Positions 27,255 to 41,447 of a stretch of DNA of 64,000 nt are shown in pieces (position 1 is the stretch's first letter; every line of letters begins with the position of its first letter). This stretch comes from the human T2T-CHM13v2.0 reference genome, Homo sapiens. Below the pieces are notes generated by a model. The model did not search any database and was not told the origin of the DNA. It saw nothing but the letters and a program-made list of their open reading frames with translations. The stretch lies in assembly GCF_009914755.1 (NCBI RefSeq), contig NC_060936.1; one strand, 5' to 3'. A program made the position numbers and the translations under genes.

Positions 27255-27450
27255 ACTTTTGTTAAGTATTTTTATATATGTTAGTTTATTTAGCCCACAC
27301 AAAACCATACAAAGTATGTAATATCATTCCAATTTTACAGAGAAAGAATCTGGACCCCAGAGAAGTCACATATCTTGCCCAGGGGCACATAGCTGGTTGT
27401 GGAATTAGGATTTGGATCCGGGTTTCCAAAGCCCGGGTACTTTCTGCTAT
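27255..27450 (-). mobile_element. MIR
   Basis: attccaattttacagagaaagaatctg..cagagaagtcacatatcttgcccagg..aggatttggatcc. Confidence 0.75.
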
Positions 27451-29267
27451 TTCTAGTGGGGCTGAGAGTAAGTGGTCTAGTAGCTTAAGGCAGACAGTGG
27501 ATAAGATGAATTCTGTATCTCATTATCTATAGAAAGCAATTGAGTTATCTTAACCCATTAACCTATAAGTGGTAACATAAAAAGGAGATACTTACCCAGG
27601 TACCTTCAGAATACTTGGAAGGTATGTAGGCCTGGAGTCAGACCTACCATGAAAGGTAATATTGATAGTGCTAATAGCACTTGTAGAGCAAATTTTAGAT
27701 TTTCCCTCCAGTCTTGTGAAATTTAGCTTCTGATGAGAGATGGGTTGACTCATGTTGACAAAATGTGTGTGTTTCTAGAGCTCAAATCTCCAAATTTAAT
27801 CCAGACCAACCCAATCCAAATCCAGTAAATCAAACAAAAACAAAGTATCTTTTACAAACAGCTGGTGACACTATTGTGTAATATAGAGTGTGTGGTCAAA
27901 CGATAAAACAATTAAGGTCCAAATGTCTACTTACATAGTTGTGTAGAAGAAAAATACCGTGCACAGATACATGTGCTTATGAATGTGTAAGTTTCATATA
28001 TATATATCTACATATATCTATACATATATATTCACTTAATTTGGTAGTTTGTATTTTGTCCCAATTACAGCTTTTGAAGTCAAGAGTGACCTCCTTTTCT
28101 TTTTCCTAAAATTTTACCTATTTCATTGTCAGTTTCTTCTTCACTCCTGAAGACTTGTCTCAATCTTTCAATATTCATTCCTCTTGGCTCTCAAATAACA
28201 TTCTTCCCAAATCTTCTATTGGAGTCATATATTTTAAAAATGTTAACCTCATAATGCCTTGTTATTGATAAATCCACTGAATTTTTTCACTTTTAAAATA
28301 GTGAATCTTTAATCAAATGCCTGGTGCTTTGGTAAAAGGTTTGGTTTACATACTTAGTGGAATGAGGCCATCACATCTTAAAAGAGGAGATCTGAATCGA
28401 CCAAAGAGTTGGTCAGCTCTCTGAAAGCAACACAATCTAATAAGGGCTTGAATTAGGGCTACTTAGACCACTCTTCCTATTACTGAAAGGTAATCATTTT
28501 TAATAGAACTACCGTAGTAAAACAGCTGAGAAAGCTACTGCCCTTCTTAAGACCATAACAGCTGACTTCCTTAAAATGTGATAATCACACCTCAAACTAT
28601 CTATTCTAGAGTCATTTTCAAACTTAATTGAAATGTGTGACAGGAAAGAATTTAGAAAAGGAAAAAAACCCACATCATTATCAAGCCTCTCTGTTGAAAT
28701 ATTGAGGTTCTATTTAGTATCCAACATAGTATGGAGCATTACAATCTCCCCTCATTTTTTTGTCTCTCATTTCCCCCCTACTCCTTCTACCGCCCATTCT
28801 CAGAAGCTCCTCTCTTCCTGAGAATGGTAAATACTATTGTTGTGTAGTCTTCTACATCAGCCCACCCCTTATTTAACTATTTCTCCTTTGCACAACGGGA
28901 TACATTGATTCTTTTCTTAACCCCCTTTCCTGATCCAACATTGGCTCAACATTTAATATCGTTTAATGCTTCACTCTTGCCAGTCTTCGCAGTTTAAAAA
29001 AATACCACCCTTTCAGAACCTAAAGTTTCAGGCAGAATTTCTGACCTTCCTGTTTCTACTTACCCACATTGCTCTGAGTCACAGGTTTCATTTCCTACCT
29101 TCCGATTGGTTTTGTCTATAGGAGTGGATTTCTTCTTTACAATTCCACTACCCAGTGTAACCCAGGGACTGCCTAAGGAAGCAATGACTTTTGGGACTCA
29201 TGTGACATTTTATCAATCACACATCATTTCAGTGGAAGCCCTCTATACTTATCATTACTCTAGTGCT

Positions 29268-29431
29268 AGTGGTTGCAAAACTAGAATAGCAAAATAACCT
29301 ATAAGCTAACCTCCATTGGAAGCAGGAGTATAACCTATTACAACCTATAAACTAACGTACAGGCCATTTAATCCTGCATCCAATGTAGGTTAGCTCATAA
29401 GTTGTCTCGCTATTCTAGTTATACAACCACT
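29268..29431. repeat. Long inverted repeat/hairpin (60-bp arms, 44-nt partly pairing centre)
   Basis: 29268-29327 vs reverse complement of 29372-29431: 51/60 identical, ungapped. Confidence 0.93.
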
Positions 29432-29897
29432 TTTTATACCTGACATGGATTATAGCCTTCTATGCTTGAGTTCCACCAAAAAAAATCACTCACATGAGTC
29501 AGTTGTGTGTGGAATAGAGTTACTGCATATTCAGTATTCAACCAGCTCGAGTTTCTGGAGCTGAAATTCAGCCTGTTCCTCACTTAAAGGTGAAGATGGG
29601 GTTGGGCAGTTCCTGGGTTAGAAAGCTCTGTGGAAACCATTATCTACCTGCCTAATTATTATTTTCTATAACAAACCTCAGGATGGGTTTGGATTGTGTA
29701 TTACTTTGCCTGGGAATTGTTTTCAAGGAAAATATATTTACATCCCAGGATTCAATAATTCCCAGATGACATCTGGATGTCATTTATTTTATAATGGACT
29801 GAGTTCAAGAAATAAGGGAAATCAACAGTCTTGTTGACCATCAATTTACTTAAGAAAACTGTGGTCATGGGGAGGCAATGGAAATGTAAATAACAAC

Positions 29898-30075
29898 TCA
29901 TTTATTCATTTATCTATTCAAAAATTTATCGAATGCTTTCTTTGAGTCAAGCAAAGTACAAAATGTTTTGGAGATACAGTTAATAAAAGGGCTGTTGTCC
30001 AACTCCTCATGGAACTTGCAGTCTACTGAGAGAAGCACATAATAAATCAGAAAACTAGCAAGTAAATATGAGGTC
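29898..30075 (-). mobile_element. L2 3' end
   Basis: tcatttattcatt..aaatttatcgaatgct..gagatacag..ctcatggaacttgcagtcta. Confidence 0.7.
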
Positions 30076-30140
30076 TATAATTTTTATGAATAACTAATAT
30101 AGGAAGTTATTTTTTAAAATTGACCTTATGCAAGCCATAA

Positions 30141-30430
30141 GGGTGCAGTGGCTCATGCCTCTTATCTCAGCACTTTGGGAGGCTGAGGCTGGAGGATTAC
30201 TTGAGTCCAGGAGTTTGAGACCAGCCTGGGCAACATAGTGAGACACTGTTGTCTATCAAAAATTTTTTAAAAACTTAACTGGGCATGGTGGCACATGCCT
30301 GTAGTCCCACCTACTCTGGAGGCTGAGATAAGAGGCCTTTGATCCCAGGAGGTCTAGGCTGCAGTGATTGCATCACTGCACTCAGCCTGGGGAACAGAGC
30401 AAGTCTCTCTCTTAAAAAAAAAAAAAAAAG
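30141..30430 (+). mobile_element. AluJ
   Basis: ggaggattacttgagtccaggagtttgagaccagcctgggcaacatagtgagac; poly-A; TSD-like aaaattgac(c/t)ttat. Confidence 0.92.
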
Positions 30431-31712
30431 GTAAAAAAAATTGACTTTATTGAAGTATAATTAATATGCAATGAATTGCATCCATTTTAAGTGTATAGTT
30501 TGATGAGTTTTGATACTCACCAGTCTAATCAAGATATAAAATATTTTCATAATCCCATAAAGTATTCTTGAATTTTTTACAGTCAACAAATACTGTTACT
30601 CAATCCCAAAATGCCAGGCAATAACTGACTTGCTTTCTTTGAGCAGAGATTAGTTAGGACTGCCCTAGAATTTCATATAAATGGAAACCTAAAATTGTAT
30701 TTTTTGGTGCCTGGATTCTTTCCTGCAACATCATATTTTTGAAAATTTTTTTCATGTTGTCATAAGTATCAGTAATTTGTTATTTTGTATTGCTGAACAA
30801 TATTCTATTTTAGGTGTATTCCATAATTTATCTATTCACCTGTTAATGAACATTTCAATTACTTACAGTTTCCAAATCTGCTATGATCACTTGTGTATAA
30901 ATCTTTGTGTGGGCATATCTTTTTCCTTTCTCTTGGGTAAATATCCAAGAGTGAAGTTGCTGAGTCATATGGTAAAAGTAAGTTTAACTTTATAAGAAAT
31001 AGGAAAACTACTTTCCAAAGTAGCTATATCATTTTGCTCTCTCACCAGCCATATGTGAGTTCACACAGTTGTTCCACATCCTTGTCAGCAATTGATAATG
31101 GCATTATTTTCCATTTCAGTCATCTTAATATATGTTTAGGAACTCATTGCATTTTAATTTGCATTTCTCTGATGACAAATGACATGAAGCATATTTTCTG
31201 TGCTAGTTCACTATTTCTATATATTTTGTGAAATATATGCTTACATTTTTTGGCCACTTTTAATCAGTTGTTTGCTTCCATATTATTGAGTTATAAGAGT
31301 TCTTCATACAATTTGGATATAAATAATTTGCCATATGTATGCATTGCACATATTCCCCCAGACCCCCAGTCTGTAACTATATTTTCATTTTAATTTTGAT
31401 AAAGTCCAATTCACCATTTTTTAGTGATATATGCTTTTTTGTGTCCTATCTGAGAAATATTTGCCTAGCACAAGGTTGCTAAGATTTTCTTTATCTTTTC
31501 TTTAAGAAATTTCACAGCTCTAGCTTTTGCATTTAGATCTATGATTCAGTTTGAGTAAATTTTTATATGGCGTGAAATAAAGACCAAGGACCATTTTATC
31601 TTCCATATGGATATCCCGTTTTCTTTTTTTCTATACAGATATCCAGTTCCAGCATCATTCATTGAAAATACTTTTCCCTGTTTAATTATCTTCACATCTT
31701 TGTTGAAAATTA

Positions 31713-32031
<319 letters not shown>

Positions 32032-32738
32032 CTACATAAGTAGGTTTATTTCTGACCTATTTTGTCCCATTGATCTATTTGTCTATTCTTACACCAGTAC
32101 CACACTGTCTTGATCACTGTAGCTTTGTAGGAAGTCTCGAAATCAGATATGTTAAGTTTTCACCTTTGTTCTTTTCATAAAATATTATTTTGGCTATTTT
32201 AAGTCCTTTACATTTCTATATAAATTTTAGATGGCTGGGATTTTGATTGGGATGGCAGTTAATTTATAGATCAATTTGGGAAGTATTGACCTTAATAATA
32301 CTGAGTTTTACAATTTGTGAACATAGCAAATCTCTTTCATTTTCCTCAGCAATATTTATAGTTTTAAGTGTACAAAACTTGTATGCATATATTTTGTTTT
32401 TTAAAGCTATTGTAATTGGCATTGCTTTTGCTTAACAAAAATTATTTTCTGAACCTTTGTTGATAGTAGGTGATTTTGATGTTTATCAGAAGCCAAATAT
32501 TTTGCAAGTTTCCAGTATCATGGCATACTTGTATATCATACACAAGTCTAGCTGCATTGTGGTCATCTAATAAGCATAGCACCTCTAAAGTGCAGTAATT
32601 AAGTATACTTCCACTGTTGACAAGATACACATAGAATAAAATTAATCTGTTTCATGCAATTTCACTTATTATTTGAGCTGTTTATTTCAATGTTTCTTCT
32701 ACAAACTTTTCTGACTGCATACTCCCTCCTACTAGTAG

Positions 32739-33181
<443 letters not shown>

Positions 33182-34964
33182 TCTAGTCGAACATTTTTAA
33201 ATGCAAATCCTTATATGTGTATCTTGGGGAACATATTTATAAATTATATATGCATAATCTTTTACTAAAGTGTTATGTAAATGGCATTAAAAAACTGACA
33301 TTTTCAAAGGTCAGGATAAAGTGTGTAAACCACATTTTAAAATGTATTATCAGTAGTGATGAATTTATGTTATTTCTTAAAGCATGAAATACATATGGAA
33401 AAAGTTTCTTTGTTAACAACTGTGGCTATAAATCCATTGTTTAAAATACTCTTCTTGATAATTTGAATTTTGTTGGCAGACTTCTTGTCAAATTAGATTA
33501 GGGTGTCCTTGCCTTTAGTCTCGTATTATTACTGAACAGCTTGTTCTAGGAGTAGCAAAGAGTCAGCTCTGCCATTCTTTTTGTAGTTTGCCTGGGCTTG
33601 CATTAGCAGCAATATTCTCAATTTATAATGTACTTGCTAGAATCTTTTAAAACCATTTGTTTATTTTGTAAAGTTACTTTTAGCTAAATCTGGGTAATTT
33701 AATTGGTAAATACAATCACTGAGCTTACTTAAACTGCAACATGCTGAAAATTAACAAGTGAATGAAGGGCCTTGTTTCAGAATAGGATCCCTTACTAGTG
33801 TGTCTGATACACATAGCAAGTGACAACACCGGTTCAAGTGTATATCAGTAAACCTTCACTTCCTTCTTAGCTGTTTCCATTAAAAGTGAATATAAGTAAA
33901 AATTGTAATTATTTTCTATAATTACAGTATGACCTTCAGTAGGTCATCTTGGCATTGTCTAACATACAACTATCCCACTCCGCTTAGAAGACCAATGATT
34001 TAGACCCCATTGCTACCAAGTCCACATCATTGCATTTGATTCCTCTAACAGCCAACATGTTTCACAAAGAAATAAAATAAGGGAAAATAAAATAAAACAA
34101 TATCCTGTATTCTAATGCTCTCTGTTGCAGCCAGCTGAATCATAATATGTTTTATGGGTCATAAAATAAGAATGAAATTTGAATATTCTTTTCAGACCTA
34201 CAAGTTTGGGAATAAAAATATAAAACATATGTGTTTTTGAGGTCACATAAAAGTTCAGTGTCTTCTCATCCCAAAGATTATTTTACTGGGAAATTTTGGT
34301 AAAGAAAAAGCTTTTTTAAATATATCAAAAAACTTCCTAAATATTTGTAAGCTTTGTTTATTGATTATATAACCTCCAGTCCCAATCCATCTCTATGTTG
34401 TTGTATACAACTTCTTGGTTAAAAAAGTAATAAAATAATAAAACAATTATGTGACATAGTTCCTGGTTTTGAGATCTTTGCCATATTCACAGGAAGCTAA
34501 GAGGTTTATCAAGTGAAAAAATTGTGGAACAACAAAAGCCAGGATATAAGTAGTGTCTAAAAAGCTTCCCATTCTTTTATTAACACTAAACACCAAGCCC
34601 TCTTAAATATGACTAGGGAAGAGTTTAGGATGAAAATATTCTCGCAAGAAGCAACCAGCCTCATCTTAATCAAGGTCTTTCTCTGCTGGGAGTCTCTGCT
34701 TACACTTTGGAGTATTGGATTTTGTTATAATATAGACTAGTATTACCTTAGTGTGACAGCACAGAACATGAGTTCCATGAGGGATATGAGAAGGAAGAGA
34801 TGAGCTGAGCATGGAGCAAAACCAATTAGGAAAGCAGAAGAGCCATGTGAAGCAATGCTGGTTTATGATTCACCCCACTGTCTACAGATTCCTGTCTTTC
34901 TTGCTTTCCTTGGATCTTTTTCAATGCTGAACAATCTTTTCATTTAAATGTTGATTCTTCAGAA

Positions 34965-35134
34965 TGGGGATTGGCAAACTATGACTCCTGAACCAAATCA
35001 CTTGTTTACATATTGTCTATGGCCACTTTCCTGCTACAACAGTAGAGGAGAATAGTTGTAACAGAGGCTATGGGGTCCACAAAACCAAAAATACCTTACT
35101 GTTTGGGCTGCTACATACAAAGTTAGCCATCCCT
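34965..35134. mobile_element. MER58A (hAT-Charlie), internally deleted
   Basis: ggggattggcaaactatg..tttacatattgtctatggc..aaagttagccatccctg. Confidence 0.8.
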
Positions 35135-35204
35135 GTTTTAGGTGGTTGTCTATCCTTTCTTTCTGTCTTGAACAAAAGTTATTTCCTTAGAATATACAGG
35201 AAGA

Positions 35205-35395
35205 TAACTAATATTATGGAGTACCTGTTTGCTAAGTCATTTCACCTAGTCCTACAAGAACCCTATTAAATAAGCATTAAGACTCCATTTCATAGATTAA
35301 GGTCCTAAAGTTTAGAGAGTCTAAGTAGTTTAGGAGATGGTGTAGGTGATAGGTTTTGGAACTAGGCCTCAAGTGCATGTTTTACTGTATCATGT
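35205..35395 (-). mobile_element. MIR
   Basis: ctacaagaaccctatt..ccatttcatagattaagg..aagtttagagag. Confidence 0.55.
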
Positions 35396-37710
35396 TATTT
35401 GCCATACTATGTGTAGTTCAAGAAGGTAGATTCGTGCCACTCCAAAAGCAAAGAAGAAAGTGATTGCGGGATTGTGAGAAGGAAGTCAGTCATTTAATGA
35501 GTAGATGGTCACCAGTGTTGGGCCTTGGTATACCACCAAGCTATCTCAGCAAAAATGATTTTGAGCGATGACAGGAAGGTAGCCTTAGGTATTTTTCATT
35601 AGCCCATTGATGCTTTCTCTATAGATCCTCTTTCCACTGAGGATGAAGATTCTTATTACTAAGACTAAATTAATTTATAAAGAAGCATCTTTCCACACTA
35701 TATGAATAAATATTTATTACATAAAAAACCCTTGAGCTTTATTTAAAATCTTGATTTTCCAAAGTACAATTAAAGTAGCTTAATTTAAGTAACTTTTTTT
35801 TTAATCCACAGATAATATAGGAGCAGCTTGAGCATTGGGAATCTACTGAAACAAATTATATTTGTCAGTGATTGATCTCCAAAGGCATATTTCCTTCAGA
35901 AACTGCTCTTTGAAAATTTACTGAAAAATATATAGCACTTTAAATGAATGGAGTTAAAATAAGAGATGAGGATTATGTTTTTCAGTGGTGGCTGAACTAA
36001 ACCCTAATATAGCTTACATATTCACTTTAACTGTCTCTCTGAGTGATCTAAATTATCACAGCTAAACAGACATTCAGAGAAATAAATGAATACTTAAGAT
36101 ACTAAAAATCAGTGTTGGCCATGTTATGACATATTCATTTTTTGCAAGTTGATATGATCAAAATTTGATTTGGAATACATGTCTGTTTATGTGGCTGTCA
36201 ATAGATTCCTTATCTCTATCATTGTTCTCAGTTGTTTTTATGTCAACTTTCTCTCATTCTATAGTTTTTCCTCCCCAGAAAAAATAAATGTGCAAGTGCT
36301 TAGTGCCTTCTTCTTACTTATTCCTGTTCTACACCCCATGCCTCTTCACATGCAACAAAGCCCCATTCCATTTTACCATTCCTTAGGAAGCTAACTCTGA
36401 TGGAAATAGCTACAGTAATACATGGGTAGTAGTATATTTGAAAGTCAGGACAAAAGTATAGAATCTAGGAACTAAAAGGAAGTTGCTCAAGGTCACGTCC
36501 AATGCCAGAGGTAGACCGTCTAAAGATGGAAGTTCTAAGGATGAAAGATTATTCCCTGTTTAGGATCACCACAGAAAGATGTTTTAAAGATATGTCTTTT
36601 CTTTGATGTAGTAATATCTAAAGGAGAAAAAACAGAAACAACGAACAAAACAATAAAAAGCCAACATTCAGGGAACATTTTAATAATTGTGCTCCACCAG
36701 CACAGTAAAATTTCCTGTATATACTAAAATGGTCATTATAAGTACATGCTCAATAGATACTCAGACTGAATAGCAAAATATTTCTGAAATGATGTAAATA
36801 AAAACAGCAGAGTTTAAAATAGTGTTGTTGGAGTATAAGAATGCTACTAACCTACACTGGCTAATTTAGAGAGAGAAAGAGATAACCAAAGAGAGGGAGA
36901 GGGAGAGAGAGAGGAGAAAAAGAAGAGAGAGAAAAGAAAAATATTTATTGCCCACTGGGAACAGTGCAGACAATAAGTATTTTCAATAAAGAGGTTATAA
37001 GTTAACAAATAAATGAGTATTTTCTACCTTTATGAGGCTTGAGAGGTATACCTAGAGAATTTCTTTATAGTATTATCAGCATTTTTTATTTTAATACTAG
37101 TTGTGGAAAATCATTCTTATCAGTACTCTCTTTTGGTTCAGGAGAGGGATTGATGGATATATTTTTAATTACTTTAAAAGTGTTATCTCAGATATAAACA
37201 TTTTATGTCATATCTTAATAAATTTGGAATTTGAGAAGTGGCCTTTGAATCCTTTCAGATTCTATAATTGCATCTTTCAATGAAAGCCAAATCTCATGTA
37301 AGAATAGAAAATATCACAGCTATTTAAAAAGTGAGAAACTGAAAAACAAATTCCAGAAAACAAGACATTTGCTGCATTGACTTCTAAATGCCCAAAGTTG
37401 CTATCAAGCCTGTGTGAAATTACAAAGTTTAAATTTTGTCTTTGGACTTGACAAAACAAAATACTTTTGTAATTTTATAAGAACTTTGTAAAATGGGATA
37501 AAAATAAGTGGAGACAATTGAAAATAAAAATACTTTCAAGAGGAATAGAATGTTTTAGGGGTATTTTTACCACTCTTTGAATACAAATCATAGTTTCTCT
37601 TATACAAATTCATCTGGGTTACTACTATTATTGCTTATTAGGATAAACTATAAAGATAAGGAATTTTTAAGGGTTTCATTGTATTAATGCTTTTTTTTGG
37701 CATGTAGTCG

Positions 37711-38679
37711 TTTTACCAAAATACCAGGGGTTCAGTCTTGGTCCTGCTGCTCACCACGTAAAAAGCCAATTACTGAGACAACAAGTATTGTCAGGGAAGA
37801 AGGCTTTAATCAGCTTTTGCAGCCGAGGAGATGGGACTGAGGATTATTTTGCAGGTAGATTGGGCCTGGTATGATTTGCCTTTGGTGGAAGTGGGAGACT
37901 AGAGAGAGAAATACTGTTTCAGAAGAAAGCTATAGTATTAGATTCCTTTGATTCCTGGGTGGCCATGAAATCACCTATAGCATGGAGCTACCCAGGACTC
38001 CCCTCCTCAGCATGAAGCAGCCAGAAATATGGATGACCAGATTCTCCATGATTGAGGAATTGTTAAATAGAAAGGCAGAAGTGAAACTGAGCCAGTGGCC
38101 CCATAGATAGGTTTTTTTAAATGTATAAACATAGAAATTGATCCTTCTGTGCCTGCAATCCCAGCTACTCTGGAGTCTGTGGCACAAGAATCACTTGAAC
38201 CCTGGAGGTGGCAGTTGCAGTGAGCCAAGGTTGTGCCACTGCACTTCAGCCTGGGTGACAGAGTGAGACCCTGTCTCTAAATAAATAAATAAATGAGAAA
38301 TTGATATTTCTGGTCTTAAGACTTGAAACCTAATTTGTTTTATCTGAGTTCCTTCCTCAGGAAAGGACCCCAAGTTTCAAAGAACTGATATTCACCAAAT
38401 CACCACATCCAGAATGTGAGATACCAGCCCCCTCATTCATCATGATTGCTTCCTTGCCCCTCCCTAGTTTGTTTTCTTATACATTGTTACATTTATTCCC
38501 TGCTATATAAACCCTAGGTTTGGTTGGTTAGGGAGCTGGATTTCAGACTGAGCTCCCATCTTCTCAGCTGCAGCATCCAAGTAAAGCCTTCTTCCTTGGC
38601 AATACGTGTTGTCTCAGTGACTGGCTTTCCGTGTGGCAAGCAGCAGGACCTAGACGGAATTCCTGGTGTTTCAGTAATA
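37711..38679 (+). mobile_element. MER4-family ERV1 remnant: inverted LTR 3' end (37711-37836), internal 3' piece (37840-38081) and LTR (38082-38679)
   Basis: LTR tgaaactga..cccatagatag..taaacatagaaattga..taaagccttcttccttggcaatac..cctggtgtttcagtaata; the left piece is the reverse complement of its last 126 bp. Confidence 0.85.
38150..38295 (+). mobile_element. 5'-truncated Alu (right arm only) inserted in the MER4 LTR
   Basis: tgcctgcaatcccagctactc..gagaccctgtctc(taaa)n; TSD agaaattgat(cc/at)ttctg at 38133-38149 and 38296-38312. Confidence 0.92.
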
Positions 38680-39131
38680 GTTGTGCAGAAGGATTTTTAT
38701 TAATCATATTTATAGTGCCTGTGAATGTCAAATATTTTTAGACATTTTTAAGCAGTTAAGGAAAGAATGTGAGGGTGGCAGATACCTGATACCTTTGAAG
38801 ACTTGTCTGGTTACCTTGATCTCACCTTCAGGAAGGTCATCAATGACTTACACCTTAGAGAAGACTCTCACACACCTTCCTTTTAAGGTCTTCCATTGCA
38901 CCGATTTACGTATAAGTGTATGTATGTCTGGTGGAAGTAAGTTTGCCTAGTGGACTATTAGAACTTGGGGTAGTGAGAGAACAGAGTCAATTTTAGGTTG
39001 GGATCACATATAATTTTGGGATAGTGGAAGGCTTGAGGGAAGGATAAAATGGAGTTGTCTAAACTTTTTGCTGGTTCTGAGACAATAAACTTTTTTAACT
39101 TCTCATATTGTTTCTTTCCTTTCTTAGCGTT

Positions 39132-39573
39132 TATATTAGTCAAGGTTTTCCAGAGAAACAGAAACAATAGGAGAGAGAGATATATATATCCTCTATATAT
39201 ATACCCTATATATATGTATATATATATACACACACCCTAAGTATATCCTCTATATATATCCTATATATATATATCCTCTAAATATATCATCTATATATAT
39301 ATCCTCTATATATATCCTCTCTATATATTTTTATATATATCCTCTCTATATATATCCTCTCTCTATATATATCCTCTGTATATATCCTCTATATATATAT
39401 CCTCTATATATATCCTATATATATCCTACCTTATCTGATAGATATATATATCCTGTGTATATATATATCCAATATATATATCCTATGTATATATCCTATA
39501 TATATATCTGATATATATATATCCGATAATGTATATATCCTATATATATATTTATATCCTGTGTGTGTGTGTA

Positions 39574-39629
<56 letters not shown>

Positions 39630-39796
39630 CAGAAAGAGATTTACTATGGGGCATTTCTCACAGTATTATGGAGGTAGAAAAATTGCATAATCTGCTGTGT
39701 GCAAGCTGTAGACCCAGGAAAGGGTGGTGTTAATTCCAGTCTGAGTCTGAAGGTGTGAAAACCAGGAGCATCAACAGTGTAGGTCCTAGTCAAAGG
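39132..39796 (-). mobile_element. MLT2-family LTR fragment with expanded internal microsatellite
   Basis: tattagtcaaggttttccagagaaacagaa..gagatttactat..gcaagctgtagacccaggaaa..gtctgagtctgaagg. Confidence 0.82.
39171..39629. repeat. Compound microsatellite (GA)n-[(TA)nTCC(TC)]n-(TG)n-(TA)n
   Basis: Direct reading; ~460 bp. Confidence 0.95.
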
Positions 39797-41269
39797 TCTA
39801 TTGCTAAGTAAACACTCCACAGGTAAGCCATATTGTATACTATGATTACATTTATTTCTGGTACAACTTTTATTTCTCATTGATTTAGTAATTGTCTCTT
39901 ATTTCTAATTGTTTACTTTCTCTTATACCTCTTGCCCAATGACTTCCAGGCTCTCTGTTATAACTATAAATCATCTCATTCAAACTAATGAACAAAGTGG
40001 TATTTTATTAATGCATTTTTCTTAGACACATCAATTTTGGAACCCTCTGTCCTGCTGCTCATATCAGATGTGTTGCTCGCTAGGTCAGCTACTAAACCGC
40101 CATCCTGTGATATTTCCCCATCACCTTAGATAGTCTAGTTGCCTCTTTCTTTTTTCTATACCCTGTTTTCTTGATCTCACATATTCCTTTTACTTGGTTT
40201 ACTCTTTAGGTTTACAGCTGGATACAGAACAATCTAATCAGCCAAAATAAAACTGATTCAAATTTGGACATGTTTAAAATGTTTAATAATAATACAAATT
40301 GGGTGTGTTAATTGCAACAATTAAAATCAGTTTTTAAGATGATTACTACACCCACCATGCTTTAATTTGGTTAATGTGAGGGACCCGCACACCACAGATT
40401 CTTGTTTCTTATGCTTTGATTGTGGGTTCTAAGTTAATGGCAGAAATTTTCTTTTCTATTTTATATCTCTATTTTGTGGTTAAACTTGTAATTTTCCTTA
40501 TCTTCTGTCAGGGATATTAGCTACAACCACACATACAATACTGAGGTTACCAGAGTTCTTATCCTTGTCTCTTAATTCCTCTGTAGAAATATAAAAATAA
40601 ACCTGCCATAGACAAACAGCCCAAGATTCTTGATAGTTACATAATTTTTATATTTTGTATATTTATATATTTTTATTATATATATTTATATAATATATTT
40701 TATATTTTATATATTTGTTTTCTTCATATCTTCATGTAGCTGCCAAATGCTGGCTCTTGTTTCTTTATAACATATAAAGAGAGCTACTCCTCAGTAGTAT
40801 GTGGATGAGTACATTCAGAGATGGAAACATGGTAACACATTTCTGGAAATAGCTTGATTCACATTCAGATAAAGGAGTAAATGTACTAAATTGATGGCAA
40901 TTATTTACTAATTTTCATTCTCTTCAAATAGAGTCCCTTAGCTCATATAGAAGACCAGAAGAACTGATCAAACCTCAGCAATTTATTTAATCATTCTGTG
41001 GGTCATCTCTTGTTATTTGGTTGTGTTTTCCCAGACATTCAGTAAATATAAATGAATAAGCAGTTACTTGACTGAATGGGACTCATCTTAAACACACTTT
41101 CAACCACTACTCTTATTTTCAAGACATCATTATTACACTTTCCGAGGTAGCTACTGACCTCAATTCTTAATCATTAAAGGCTTAATCCACACACATCCTA
41201 TTGGAAAATTCAGTGTTTTTGTGTATCTCTTGCTTGCACAAAATGATACACAGGATAGCACTTTCTTAT

Positions 41270-41393
41270 CTCATACCTACTAGAATGGAAACTATGGAGA
41301 CAGGGATTTTGTTTTGCATGCTAATGTATATTAGGTGCTTTGAACAGTGTCTGATCCAAAGTAGGCTCCAATGAATGAATAGATAAATGAATA
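41270..41393 (+). mobile_element. L2 3' end
   Basis: ctactagaatggaaactatggagacagggattttg..gaacagtgtctga..gtaggctccaatgaatgaat. Confidence 0.7.
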
Positions 41394-41447
41394 TGGTATC
41401 TTATTTAATCCTGATAGTAGCTTTTTTGTAATGCTATTAAAAAGGTA

